Below are positions 24,901 through 36,400 of a DNA stretch of 64,000 bases, one piece after another. The first letter of the stretch is position 1; every line of letters begins with the position of its first letter. A program made the position numbers and the translations under genes. This DNA is from Lytechinus pictus (taxonomy: Eukaryota), in assembly GCF_037042905.1 (NCBI RefSeq), contig NC_087252.1, positions 11,224,001 to 11,288,000 on the forward strand, given 5' to 3'. The notes under the pieces are model-generated. The model saw nothing but the letters and a program-made list of their open reading frames with translations, searched no databases and was not told where the DNA came from.

Positions 24901-25020
24901 CGAGGTGCCCAAATATGGAACTCTATTGAAAAGAAAATTCCCCCTTGTATCACTTTATATTCCTTTAAAACACATCTTAAAAACATGCTCATCCCCCCTC
25001 ATCCTGATTATTGTTGTTAG
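21964..25020 (+). CDS. LINE ORF2: AP endonuclease + reverse transcriptase
   Basis: 1018 aa open. HLNCLSL, LSETHL, WYRPP, GDMN, SDHYMI; NYRPISV, QSGFR, IDLKKAFD, GVPQGSLLGP, YADD, YLGI. Confidence 0.97.
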   Translation: MLAAFLSFFFCVYIEYINCPFFKSSIQSHRFIFMLARSTPYSPHDDQDINVSTCSNPNDMFQLAPDEFMSARGFKISHLNCLSLLKNFDEIKSTTLSMGLDIATLSETHLSTSINDAEIQIPGYDVQRLDRNRFGGGVLVYIGNHLHYVRRDDLMENSPLEIIIIEMKLTNQKPLIIVCWYRPPNSKAESFVAFENVMSKIDNLNTNYIVIGDMNCDVLKELKSWQTTKLLNIMESFNCKQLITKPTRVSSSSATAVDLIFTNCESKCSISGVIKLSMSDHYMIYCVFGKSLSESTCAHKYKTCRNFNKFDELAFQIDVSNMPWESVFKCTDPQAAYECFVSLLLNIIDKHAPLRKLRVKQKESPWLIRDIFKQIRERNRLKAKAKRTNSLSDWVAYKRARNHVTSCIREAKRCFITKNVESANKNTKMIWKSLRYLAPQNKSSCKFPPLVSNNSVLKGRELANAFNDFFTDIGKKLQAENLPVNDPNATKCQTCTVNDSIFSLKVVNDDQVCKIISNLPCNKATGPDNIPSKMLSCISHSIAPPLTYIINQSILLSTVLASVTPIFKGGSKSCFDNYRPISVISVLGKVMEKVVHDQLMHYITNNDILTPCQSGFRPKHSTQTALIHVTDQWLSSIDKGELTGLVMIDLKKAFDTVDHSILLEKMKMYGFDHHTTEWFKNYLFHRQQYTCINGISSLTRQVNCGVPQGSLLGPVLFSLYINDLPDKLHCKVSLYADDTCIFYSSKNPEVIKNKLNVDLSTISSWLKDNKLIINTTKCETMFIGSAQRLKKNETELNRCNVCIDDCEIKRVHVCKYLGIYIDESLLWNDHVQSLRKKVIKSLYLLRRIRHYIDQKTALLYYKSIIQSQFDYCSTVWGNTGKNNSKQLQILQNRSLRSVLKVDHMYPTKVLYNTLKFDNLEDRRSKQLALSMYRAVYKLAPDYICNTFSIRNTPYNTRSGKTQLRLMHPKTNYGKRCFVYRGAQIWNSIEKKIPPCITLYSFKTHLKNMLIPPHPDYCC

Positions 25021-25819
25021 CAACGCCTGCATCATTTTCCCTCCTCATTTTAATCCCTTTGCCCCTGCTTGAGTTTAGGGTTTCTTTAAGTTATTTTTCT
25101 ATTGGTTTACACTTTTTTTTCTTTTAGTCCCATTTTGCTTTTATATATATTTTGCTTTTATTATCATATTGTATTTTGTTTCTTTCGCCAGTATTGTATG
25201 TTCTTGTGATTTATGTCATATGATTTTGTGCTTGTGCTTTTGTCATTACCATGGTTGATTGTATATTGTACATTTTTTATTGTTGTGTGTATGGACCCCT
25301 ACGAAAAACAGCACTTGCTGATAGGGTGTTCCATCCCACAAGTGGTAAATAAATAAATAAATAAATAAAAATAAAAATTATTATTATTATAGATTGCGAC
25401 ACCATCGTTTGTTCATTTGCAAACTCCCAGCGTAATGCGGTAAGGTGAAACTTCAAGCAAAAGAAAAGGCAATTTGGTCATATTTTACATGACTGCATGT
25501 TGGTAGAGATATCAAGTGATAATGTCATTTGAATTTTCTAGACTCATAAGAGTTTCCCTGGAAGACTTCCCGACAAACTCACAGGGGACAATATCTTTAT
25601 AGCATCTTGTTGATGCAATGTACTTAGCTAAATGATTTAAACTTTATGCACTTACTCAATACGATATACTTTACAGACCTAGGCACGAACCAGAAGGAAT
25701 TATTTTAGAGATTAGATTGAAACCTTAAAGAGATTTTTCATCAATTTGTAATATTGGTGCATATTTGATTTGACTTTGCTTTCCTCTGTATTCATATAAT
25801 TTATATTATAATGATATGA

Positions 25820-25905
25820 ATAATAATAGCTGGATTTATATAGCGCTGTTTGCCTGAGTATACAAAGTGCCTCTATTATTACCCCGGCTTTAGCTCGAGC
25901 TACCA
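25820..25905 (-). mobile_element. SINE 3' fragment
   Basis: Reverse complement tatggtagctcgagctaaagccggggtaataata...gcgctatataaat...tattattat resembles the 3' part of the SINE at 28929. Confidence 0.65.
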
Positions 25906-27631
25906 TAATATAATATACAATGTAGTAATATGTAATATGATACAATACAATAATATACCATAATACATATTTGTCGTATCAGAAGGGCCTACCCTAAACA
26001 GAATTTATCCACCATGTCTACTGTCAAATTATTATAATATTCACAGTATGTAGAAGAATGATTGTTATTACAAGCAGTTTCGGTCTACTTTTGCTCATGT
26101 TTACACGTTTTAGCATTATTTATTTTTGTTTTCAATAGGCTGCACATCAAATTTACTGTAATTGTGACATTGACAAAAAATTAAACAATCTGTTTAATCA
26201 ACGACGCCATTGTCGTGAGCATTGACCTTGATATCAATGCAAAATAGAAATTTTTGAAGTGTATTTTACCAATCGAATATATTTTTCTTTCTCGCAGCAT
26301 TGGTCTTGGTTGATCATTTAGCACATGAAACAAAAATAGATATTGTATTCTTATTCAAGTATTGTAGACTAAAAATCTCGCGAATCGCGAGATTTGTTGA
26401 AAGCATGGACTTTCGTTTAGACCCAATAAATTACGAGCATGTGCATAATGAGCGATATTACCACGTGATCATACAACTTTGACATGATTGGAAGCATGGG
26501 CGAATCAAGGATTTAATTTATTTATTCATTTTTTTATCTATTCAAATAGAATGAAAACTGAGGCTTTTTTACCCTGCATTCCTGTGATATAATACATCGA
26601 ATAAAAATCCCAATAAAAATATGTGCAGAAATACACGGTCATTAATGAATATTGGATCAAGAACGTAAAACGGTATTAAATAAATGGATGCTCTATTGGG
26701 TTGACCTCTATTTATAGGGGGAAGTCTAATAACAAGCATAATAATGGATTAAAGGGGTCGGAAGATTTTCCATGTTATGAAATGCTCTGTTTTATCTAAT
26801 AAGCCATAAACCAACAATCTGAATTACAACTGAGGTAAAAGTAAATTCTACAGACACATTAGATGTAAGGAGTCTCACGGATCAGGGAGAAAACGATTCC
26901 AAACTGAGCGAGGATAAACCATTCGAAATAACGTGATAACTTTGATAGGTTTGGAATGATTTCGCTAGTGTGGCGGAAACATCGTAAAGAGATAATAAAG
27001 GCGATGCTAAGGGATGGGGTTGGGTGGGTGGAAGAAATATTTTGTAAGAGAAAACCACTCGAGCATTGATTTTTTCTTTTTTACGTCTTTTCCATCCCAC
27101 CTACCTTTCTTATTAAAACTTGCTTGTTTACATTTGACCTGGTTACTGTATTTAACTTAACATTTCTGCGTGATCACTGATCTGAATATACAGATCAGTG
27201 TTTGTGACTGATCTATCTCGAAATTTCCTTATAGTAAATTAACTTCAAACTTTCTCTTCCACGTTTTGATTGGACGAATTTCTTAGTGGAATCAAAGTTA
27301 GCTCGTTTTTTTTTGTATTGCTTTATTTCCTAAATGAATAATCCCCCAAATACTCTTTTATTTCGTAATTATCAAGATGAATTAGTGCTGTTATATCAAA
27401 TTGGCAATTATGCTTAACACATCAATCCAAATATCATGAGCCAATTTCAATCTTAAGTTTAATTTACTTGTCTTTACAAAGGAATGACCTTTGACATTGT
27501 GGACCAACATTGTGCAATAATTTCCACACTTATATTTGAGCGCTTTTTGAGTCGTATCTACACAGTTCACTATGTGAACAACTATAGACACATCGTAATA
27601 ATTATCTTCTTACGCAAAATAGCAACGTTTA

Positions 27632-28129
27632 TGCGCCAGTCACAATTTCCCTATACGGCGGCAGTACGGTGAGTCGGAAACAACCGTTTTATTCATTTTT
27701 ATTCATACCACCAACATGCATGGGTGGATCAGGGATTTTCAAAGGGGGTGCATTTTCCCGAGGAAAAATTTGATAAGCAAAAACTACAAATAAGAAAGAA
27801 GATAGCAAGGTTTTCATTCACAAAATAAGGACATTTCGTTCACGAAGAAATTTGACAAGCCCCCCTCCCCCCCCAAAAAAAAAAGAAAAATCTTCACTTT
27901 TAAAAGGGGGGGGGGGCACACTGCTGTTTTAACGGCATTTATACATTACAAATTTTAATCATGCATCTCAAGGGGGAGGGCAATGGCCGGCTGTGCTCCC
28001 CCCCCCCCCTCCCCTTCGATCCGCAAGTGCCCACATGTATATATAACTATATAGCTGGTACAATTTTTTTTTCAAACGGTTGTTGTGGACTCGCCGTACG
28101 TCCGCTGTAAGGGAAATGTGACTGTGCCG
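27632..28129. mobile_element. PIF/Harbinger-like MITE (same family as 11477) with a nested insertion
   Basis: TTA on both sides; TIR cagtcacaatttccctatacggcggcagtacggtgagtc / gactcgccgtacgtccgctgtaagggaaatgtgactg. Confidence 0.75.
27719..28029. mobile_element. hAT-like MITE nested in the Harbinger MITE
   Basis: CA..TG termini (catgggtggatc / gatccgcaagtg); 8-bp TSD ccaacatg / cccacatg with 1 mismatch; absent from the 11477 copy. Confidence 0.7.
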
Positions 28130-28928
28130 TTAGCAATGTGAATAAGCTGTACCGACTATGATGTACTCTTCCTAGCAGGGTTATAATATGAAATTAATTG
28201 GTTGAATGTAGGCCTATATAATGTAGGTTTGGGTTTGGGATTCTAGTTCAGGGATATCTATATTCAGGATATGGCGAAAAATGTAATGATGCATATCATT
28301 TTAGATATACATGTACATGCACCAGTATAGACCTTAAAGTGTTTTTCCATCGTATATGTATACCACAATTGATGCGTCATTTTGCTAATGCATTATTGCA
28401 CTGCATATTGTATACTTTAGACGATTAGATATACATGTACATGGCGCCCCTGCAATAGCCTGGGGAATGATACCACGAACTGATGAATATTTTCCTGATG
28501 CGGTTCACAACGGATCGGACCGAATAGAAAACTAATTAGTGTTATGATATGCATTATAAATCAGCTTTTGACAAAGCCACCTTTTTTTTCATTTTGATGT
28601 GAAATGGAGGTCACTCATTCTTCCATTGGCTGGCCGGTCGACGACATGACCTGTTTCCCTCCACCTTATTTCATCTCAAATTTACGTTAAAAAGGTGGCG
28701 AATTAATGACTACAAAGCATAGCTGTATTGATACACAAAATACATGAAATAATAATAAATATATTTGTCTTCACGCTAGTCATGCTAGTAAAACAGACTT
28801 TTTTGTATACTCAGTTTTTGGTCAGGGTGAGGAATGGAAATAAGATTTATAAAAAATAATTAAAGAAGTTAAGGTTTCGCATCTTATCATATAAAATTTT
28901 GAATGTATAATGGTTGGCGTTTATAGAT

Positions 28929-29223
28929 GAGGGCGTCGTGGTCTAGTGGTTACGACTCTCGTCTTTCAATCTGAGGGACGTAGGTTCGATTCCCAGCCAT
29001 TGCGTGCTTTCCTTCAGCAAGAAATTTACCTACAGTGTGCTGCACTCCATCAAGGTGAAGTGGATGGGTACACGGTAAGAAGAAATTCCTTAAATGCTTG
29101 AGCGCCAATATGGTGGCTCGGCTACAGCCGGGTTATAATATTATGATACCAAAATTAAAGCGCAGTAAGGGATATTAATATAGTAGCTACGCTATATGAA
29201 TAGTCCATATTATCATCGTCATT
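28929..29223 (+). mobile_element. tRNA-derived SINE
   Basis: A box TGGTCTAGTGG, B box GGTTCGATTCC; centre homologous to the SINE at 7033. Confidence 0.88.
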
Positions 29224-30732
29224 ACAAATTGCCAACATTTTTCTTCAATTCCCTTGTGTCATTTTAAAAAGAAAAACTAACATTGAAAAAAAAAGACAAT
29301 AAAGAGAACGTAGCGAAACAACCGAGAGACCAATGCTCACTTCACATTCTCTCCTTCGATGTCTACTGCTGATGGACGGACCATAGCATCCCGTCGTGTA
29401 TTCCATGGTGTGTTCACATTGTGTAACATAGTGCAAAATCACCTTTTCAAAATAATCTTGGCAAAATTCACTATGAACACGATGTGAGCAGACATAGTGG
29501 AGAGGAATCTACAGTGTAAAATATCACACAGCTAAACTGGAATATTTTAACAGTGTGAGTCACATCTTGACATCGCCCACTATGTGAACACACTACAAAC
29601 ACTCACACTGTGGAGCCGTTGCAGTGCTAAATCATCTTCACACTGTTAAATTTAAGCATTTTAACAGATTAATTACAAGTTCAAATAGTCTATTATGTGA
29701 ATACACTGTGAACACACTTCGAACACAATATGAAGTTGTGAGACGCTGTGTTTATAGCTCATCTCTCTCTCTGTCATTTTTAAAAACCCTGTTGTATCCC
29801 AATTTTTCTCAACTCTTTCTATTTATGAATCTGATCATAATTATGTAAATACTTTTTTCTCTCTTAATGAAAACATTACATGGAAAGGAGGTCGTACTTA
29901 TCCGAGGATATGTGGAATATATGCAGGTATGTGATGCAATCATGAACATAATGTCTATTAATTATTACGTAATTACGTAATGTAATGACGTGTCTTTACC
30001 ATCACTATACCCTTCTGCGATGACTTGGACACTTCAGTGTCTATTTTGTTTATTCCTCCTTTAATATGGAACTTCATGTTTCTCATCCGTGACGCAGAAT
30101 CTTGTGATGAAGGGGGGGGGGGGGGTCAGTCTTTACTGCGCATTAATAAGGAAGAGAGCGCATTGATTCACACAATAGACAATCTCAAATTCGACAGTGT
30201 GGAGATAATTGCACACTGTACACACATCGACAGTTAGAGTTTTCAGTGTGTACACATAATGGACTGGTTGAAATTGTGATCTTCGCTGTTAAAAAAGAAT
30301 CTTCAAATGGGGTAATCGGCGTTCACTGCGCATTAATAAGGAAGATACATGTAGCGCATTGTTTCACGCTGCAGAAAATCTCAAATCTAGCAGTGTGGAG
30401 ATCACTGTGCACACAACGACAGTTTCAGTAATCGCATTGTGATGACAATTTGGACTGTCTAAAAAATGCGATCTCCGCTGTTAAAAAGCTCGAAATTTTA
30501 TTATGTTTGATAGTTCACATTGTGTAAAATATATAACTGTGGTAAGAGTAGTAATTTTTCATTGTATTTGACACTGAGAACATACTGAGGGACACGGTGT
30601 CCAACACTGTAAAAATATTGGGTAAAATGTTTACCACCACGAGGGTAATTACGTGTCCAACCAATTTGGGGCAGTATTTCATCCGATGCGGGAAGCATAT
30701 TGTCAATTAAGGTAAAAAAAAAAATAAGCAGC

Positions 30733-31107
30733 AATAATAATATTAATAATAATAATAATTAGACTTATATCGCGCCAAATCCACTCTGTAGAGTGCTCAA
30801 GGCGCTTTTTAGGAAATTATAAAAGAAATTAAGAAGAATTGAACAGAAATGTTTTGAGGTAATGTTTAAAAGTTTCAGAAGTCAAGCATTGTTTGATGTT
30901 TTGAGGGAGGCTATTCCATAGCTTAGAGGATGAGTAAACAAATGATCTTTCACCCCAGGTTTTGGAAATTTTGGGGGTAACAAGAGAATTGGAAAAGGAG
31001 GAACGTAAGGATCTTGAAGGGGTATAACTTTTGATAAGTGAAATAAGGTACTGGGGAGATGAGCCATGAACACAATGAAAAGTTAACAACAAAATCTTGA
31101 ACATAAG
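30733..31107 (-). mobile_element. 5'-truncated L2-clade LINE end
   Basis: FKILLLTFHCVHGSSPQYL...RSLRS...GERSF...LWNSLP...FKHYLKTFLF; 3'UTR agcgccttgagc...gcgcgatataagt followed by (TTA)n. Confidence 0.88.
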
Positions 31108-31829
31108 ATTACTTAAGAATGTGCGAAAATTTCATCACACTGGATGAATAAAATGCCCAAAAGAAATGCCCAAAGTTGGTTTGACACATAATAACCCTCA
31201 TGGAACACTTTTACTCAATACTTTTAGAGTGTATTTAGTAACGCAACTTTGCCCATTAACCTTAAATCGAAAATTAACACAATCGTAGTGCGACACTGAT
31301 CAATTGGTAAATAGTGTGCATATTAGTCGTGGAATAGCTAGAAGTCAATGCAATCTTTCAAATTTATTAATTTAAAATATGATATTGCCGCAAACATGCC
31401 CGAGTACTCGCGAATGAATTAGTATAATTGTGTGTTTCCTGCAGACGACTGTGATAAAATAGCAGGGTAAATATTTGGATGACCTGTTTAATAAAAGCAA
31501 TGAAATGACACCTTTGTGGTGAGGTATTTGTGTAAAATAGTATATAAGAAAGGAATGACTAGGCCATTGGAAGGTTTCATGAAACAGCTTCCCTCACTTT
31601 CGGAAGACGCTACTGTAAATCCTTGCATTCGATTGGCTGAGAGCAGAGTAGTAAAAATCACTGACCAAAATTTTCATGAAAGCTCCCCTAGTGGACCTGT
31701 TAATGAGAATTATTTTTGTTCATCAAAATTCGATTAAAGGAAAATAAAAACAGCATTAACAAATCGATGACCGAAATGCTTGGATTATCAAAAGAAACAA
31801 AAATATGGCTTCTCTGTATAAGGTCTCAG

Positions 31830-32110
31830 ATGTGTGAAAAGAGTATCTCCTCTCAAATAATTTGATACCATATTTATGTCGTATGTCTTCACGCCTGTAC
31901 GATCAGGAGGTATTTTTGCAGAGGTGCAAATGTTGATGGGCGCCAAAGTAAGGCATAACTGCAATGAATAAATCCAGACGCCAATGAGATATTCTCCTAC
32001 ATGGGTTAGTAAACGTATTTGCAAATCCCTTTTCAATGAAATTAACTTGAGAATTGATACTAAAAAGTGTTTATTAAACAAATATGATATAAATCATTGA
32101 AAAGGTGTGG
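31830..32110. repeat. Dispersed repeat homologous to 48041-48310
   Basis: Shared aaagtaaggcat.actgcaa.gaat.aatccaga...aattgatactaaaa.gtgtttattaaaca. Confidence 0.7.
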
Positions 32111-34130
32111 ATTATTATTCAACTAAAGAATAGTACACATCTTTTTTGGACAGTCTGAAATATCAAAACTCGGTATAATTATTGTGTTCATGACATGTTT
32201 TTTCATTAAATTGCGTATTTATGAAATGTCAAGTTTTCTTTCTTAACTCACTGTAGATTCTGAAAGCACTCTATCTCAATTTGATCATTTCATTCTCCAA
32301 ATTTCAGTTTCTATTCAGGTTTCGAAAAAAAAATAGAAGATGCAAGATTGATATTCATGTGAAGTTCGTATTGACAGCCATTCCATTAGAAAAAAAGACA
32401 TCTCGGCTTTCAAAGGCCATACTGCCAACGCATTTCAATGCGCTTGATCTGAATATCTGAAAAAGTTTCATTCGGTGTTTCACATGGGAGTATTGTCGGC
32501 CCACTCTTATTTATAATTCATATTACTGATATATTCAACCTTCCAGTTTTCTTTAATTCGTCAAAATTTTGAAATAACATGTTATTGTTTCTTATGGAAA
32601 ATTTGTTAATCCACATGATTAATGTAAATTTGGATCTTGTGAATATCTGCCTTGTTTCTAATAAATCGTTATTGATTATTTCGTAACCTGAATCTCGTAA
32701 AGATTAGACTAATCTAGAGTTACCTCTTTCTGAACTGGACTGAAATAAAACGATGATCTACTTTGATACGGGTGCACAAGTAGATGAATTTCTAACCTGT
32801 GATTCTCACATTAACTCAGACAACTATGATCCAGATGTGAAATTACTGGTAAAATGGATGACATTGCATGTATAAAAATACATTGACACTTAACTCGTCT
32901 CATATTTTGCATTCAAACGAATAATCTATCGTTTTCTGAAGAGAATGACTTCCTATATATAAATCTACACGGAATCAGTTTACATAAAGAAGAATACGAA
33001 TATTGTCCTCTTTCAGTTTTATCGTAAGAACAAACATGGACAAACATTTGAATGAGAACTAATTTAGTCATCTATAATGTGTCTAGGACAATAGAATATT
33101 CCTCGACCTACCCCCTTGAAATCGCGTCGCGATTTTGAAGGGTATATTGCAGGTGGTTGTTGTTTTTATGCACATGGTTCTATTGGTATCACAGGCCTAA
33201 AATATTTCCCATAGACTCGTGTGTTAAAATTGCACTTGAAAAAAATCATTAAAAATGAGGATGACATTCGGGGGTCGAATGTTTACTTCCAGTGGATAGG
33301 ATATATATCTGACAATCTATATCTGATCAGAAAAGGGTCCCTCGACCGCCTCATTTTGAAACAAAAATCGGCATTTATAAAGGAATCTCGTGAACCTTTT
33401 GCCAGTCAAAATATAGTCCACAGTTGGTGATATTTCTTCCCGATTTGGGAAAAGGAAGTTCAGTAATTACCAAAAAATAGAATCAGTGTTAGATGGACAA
33501 TCATATTCACACACTTTGTCAATCAGCCGAATCAGATCGAATGAATATTTGTTGCCTTCCCTTTGTTAATAGGCACGTGCAACCTATAATACACTCCTAT
33601 ATGAGTGAAATCTATTGGAATTGAAATTTCCATGCAATGCTCGCGTTCACCATAGACCACGCAATAAGTACTTATTACGTAAAAGGGTTTTTGGTAAAGG
33701 GTTTTGGAAAGTAAGACATGTGGGTTATGGCTATAAGTTAGCCTTTTTCATACTCAGGCAGCCTCTCCAACTATCATATATTTTCTCTATCATGTAAAAT
33801 TTTGATTGATCTTGTCTCTGATTTGTTTTGATTCTCTATGATTTTTTAAATGACAAATAAAACAATAATAATAATAATTAAGATAGATTCTTGACCTTAA
33901 TCGTTCAAAACCCTATACGTGCGATATCCCACTGATATTAATAAGTATACAAATCGCGCTTCCCTATACGTTCGTTAATGATGTAGAAATCGATTCGTAC
34001 ATTTTTATCATTTTGTTTTGTATTTCTTAATGACGAATGTTATGATAATTTGTTTATACATTTGAATTGTCCCTATTTATTGCTTAACCATGCAAATTAT
34101 TAACATTTGTATTTATGATGTCTATACACA

Positions 34131-34444
34131 CACTAAGAAAAGGGGTTAAATTTGCACACTAGAGGTTGCTAAAATCAGCATCCCAAGAGTTGCTAATGGG
34201 TGCAATTATGCCCATTTGTGCACCGTTAAGGGTGCAATGAGCTAGCACCTTAAAAGGGGCAGAAATTAACCATGTAATCAAGGTTCAAATTTGAACATTT
34301 TTTAATGTCAAGTATTATGCACCTTAAAGAGTTCAAATTTGCACTTTTTAGATAATTTCTTGGTACAAATAATAATGAAAGAACTTTGCACTTAGCGTGT
34401 AAGATAACACCCCGAAATGTACAAGTGTAGAAAATTTCTTAGTG
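34131..34444. mobile_element. CACTA-like MITE
   Basis: TIR CACTAAGAAA / TTTCTTAGTG with internal tgcacc/ggtgca motifs. Confidence 0.7.
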
Positions 34445-34667
34445 TATATCACAATAATTGATATGATAAACACCACTCACACTATTATCTCAAATTTGCC
34501 GCAAAATTTATGTAGGCGCAAATATTCACAGCCGATTGATAAGCACCCTATTTCAAAAAGCGAAAGTAAAATAAGATTCGAATGAGCGAACAGAAAGATT
34601 GATTTTTTAAATACCAAAACACATGTTTTATGATAGATTTTTACATGACATTCTGAGAATGTTTCAC

Positions 34668-34950
34668 CCCTTTCCTTTCCTTTCCTTACATTAGATTACC
34701 ATACCTTATCTTTCCTCTCCTCTCCTTTCCCCTCATCTCTTCTCCCTCTTCTCCTCTCTTCTCCTCTCTTCTCCCTCCTCTCCTTTCTTCTCCTCTCCTT
34801 TCCTTTCCTTTCCTCTCTCCCTCCCCTTCTCTCTTTTCATTTCCTCTCCCCTCTCTCCCACCTCACCTCTCCTCTCCACTCTCTCATTTCCTTTCCTCTC
34901 CTCTCCCCTCCTCTCCTCCTCTCATTTCCTCTCCTTTCCATTCCATTCAT
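34668..34950. repeat. Polypyrimidine (CT-rich) low-complexity tract
   Basis: Degenerate (CTCTC/TTTCC)n. Confidence 0.9.
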
Positions 34951-35951
34951 CTTTTTGGCCGTGTAAACTTTGGGGGATTCATGGCCCCAATCCCCCCATA
35001 TGTAAGTCAGTGATCTATGGTGCCTTTATCTCTCTTTCTTTTATCTTATATCCAGTACCCAATACGTCCGTGATTGATTTATCAGTCAAGATCGAATATA
35101 CTTATAGCTCAAACACACAAATTTCCCATGTCGCTGCTATTTTAAAGGTTACAATCAGCAAAGTCACAAAAGGGAGTCTTCCTTTTTAATAATTATTAGG
35201 CAAATCAACTCACCTCTTTGTAAACAATCATGCAAAAATCAGTCCGAGGAACGAAAATTGTCCTCCCGAAGCCGACCCGGTGCGCTACAAAACGTTTCCG
35301 CGTTGGCGCCTCCTCTCAGCGCAGTAAACAGCAAAACTATATTCCTCTGTGAAAATTGTCCCTGTTCTCACAATTTGCAGAATAAGTCACCAGTAGCTGA
35401 ATCTAATTGATACGTTTCCTTGCAAATCCTATAGCCAACTCAGAACGCTGCTCATAAACCCATCCCGATCCGCATATGATAGAGCGAGTACATTTAAAAG
35501 CAATATATTAAGGTGAATAAGTATATCCCTTGCGAACGGGGTGCAGTGTATCGCATAGTAATATCATGGCAATGAAATACATGCACTTTGGTGTGTTCAT
35601 TCTACCGTGTTAAGTAGACTGGTGTAAAAAAGGCGTATTTTGGAAAATTCCTCACATCCATTTTACTCCGTGAGCCCGAAGTCACGGCTTGGTGACCCCA
35701 TACAAAAAAAAATCGCAGAGATTTGTATGGCTTTTTATTCTCTAAATCGGAAGGTAAATTAAATCTATCGGTATTTTGCTCTTGATCCCCCCCCCCTCTC
35801 TCTCTCTCTCTCTCTTTCTCTCTAACAAAGCACTCATTATTCTACCTTCATGTTTATTAGACTTTTATTTTCGGGGAAAGATCAAATAACAGTTTTTTTT
35901 TTGGCAAAGAAAGTTTTTTCCGATTTCTTTCTCTTTAAAACAATAGAAAGT

Positions 35952-36400
35952 GGAAGAGCCGTGGTGTAGTGGTTTTGACTCTCACCTTGTGAGCAGAGGG
36001 TCGTGTGGTCAAATCCCACCGCGGTCTAGCGTCCTTTGGCAAGGCGTTAATCCACACTATGTCACTCTCGACCCAGGTGCTACATGGGTACCCGGTAGGA
36101 TGTCAAAGTCATTGTAACTTGTCTAGTATAGCTACTGTGTGCGCCTCAACAGCGATTGACTTGAATACTCCCCAGGGAGTGGAGGATGTGCATACATTGT
36201 GTGCGGGAATGACTAATTGAATTCAATGATCGGGGTAACAATGTATCTGTGAAGCGCTTAGACACGTCGTTCCGATAGGCAAAGCGCTATATGAAAGCGT
36301 ATTATTAATATTATCATCATCATCATTATCATCATCATCATCATCATTATTATCATTATTATTAGTATCATTATTATTATCATTATTATTAATAATAATA
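35952..36400 (+). mobile_element. tRNA-derived SINE with (ATT/ATC)n tail
   Basis: A box TGGTGTAGTGG, B-box-like GGTCAAATCC, CORE-like centre, and L2-like end tgtgaagcgcttag...gcgctatat. Confidence 0.88.

Larger units (their letters stand above)
20461..25376 (+). mobile_element. Apparently full-length two-ORF LINE (CR1/L2 group, Crack/Daphne-like)
   Basis: ~640-bp 5'UTR, ORF1, ORF2, 3' hairpin (atggacccct...cagcacttgctg...agggtgttccat) and (TAAA)n tail. Flanked by attattattattatag at 20446-20461 and 25377-25392. Confidence 0.9.
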
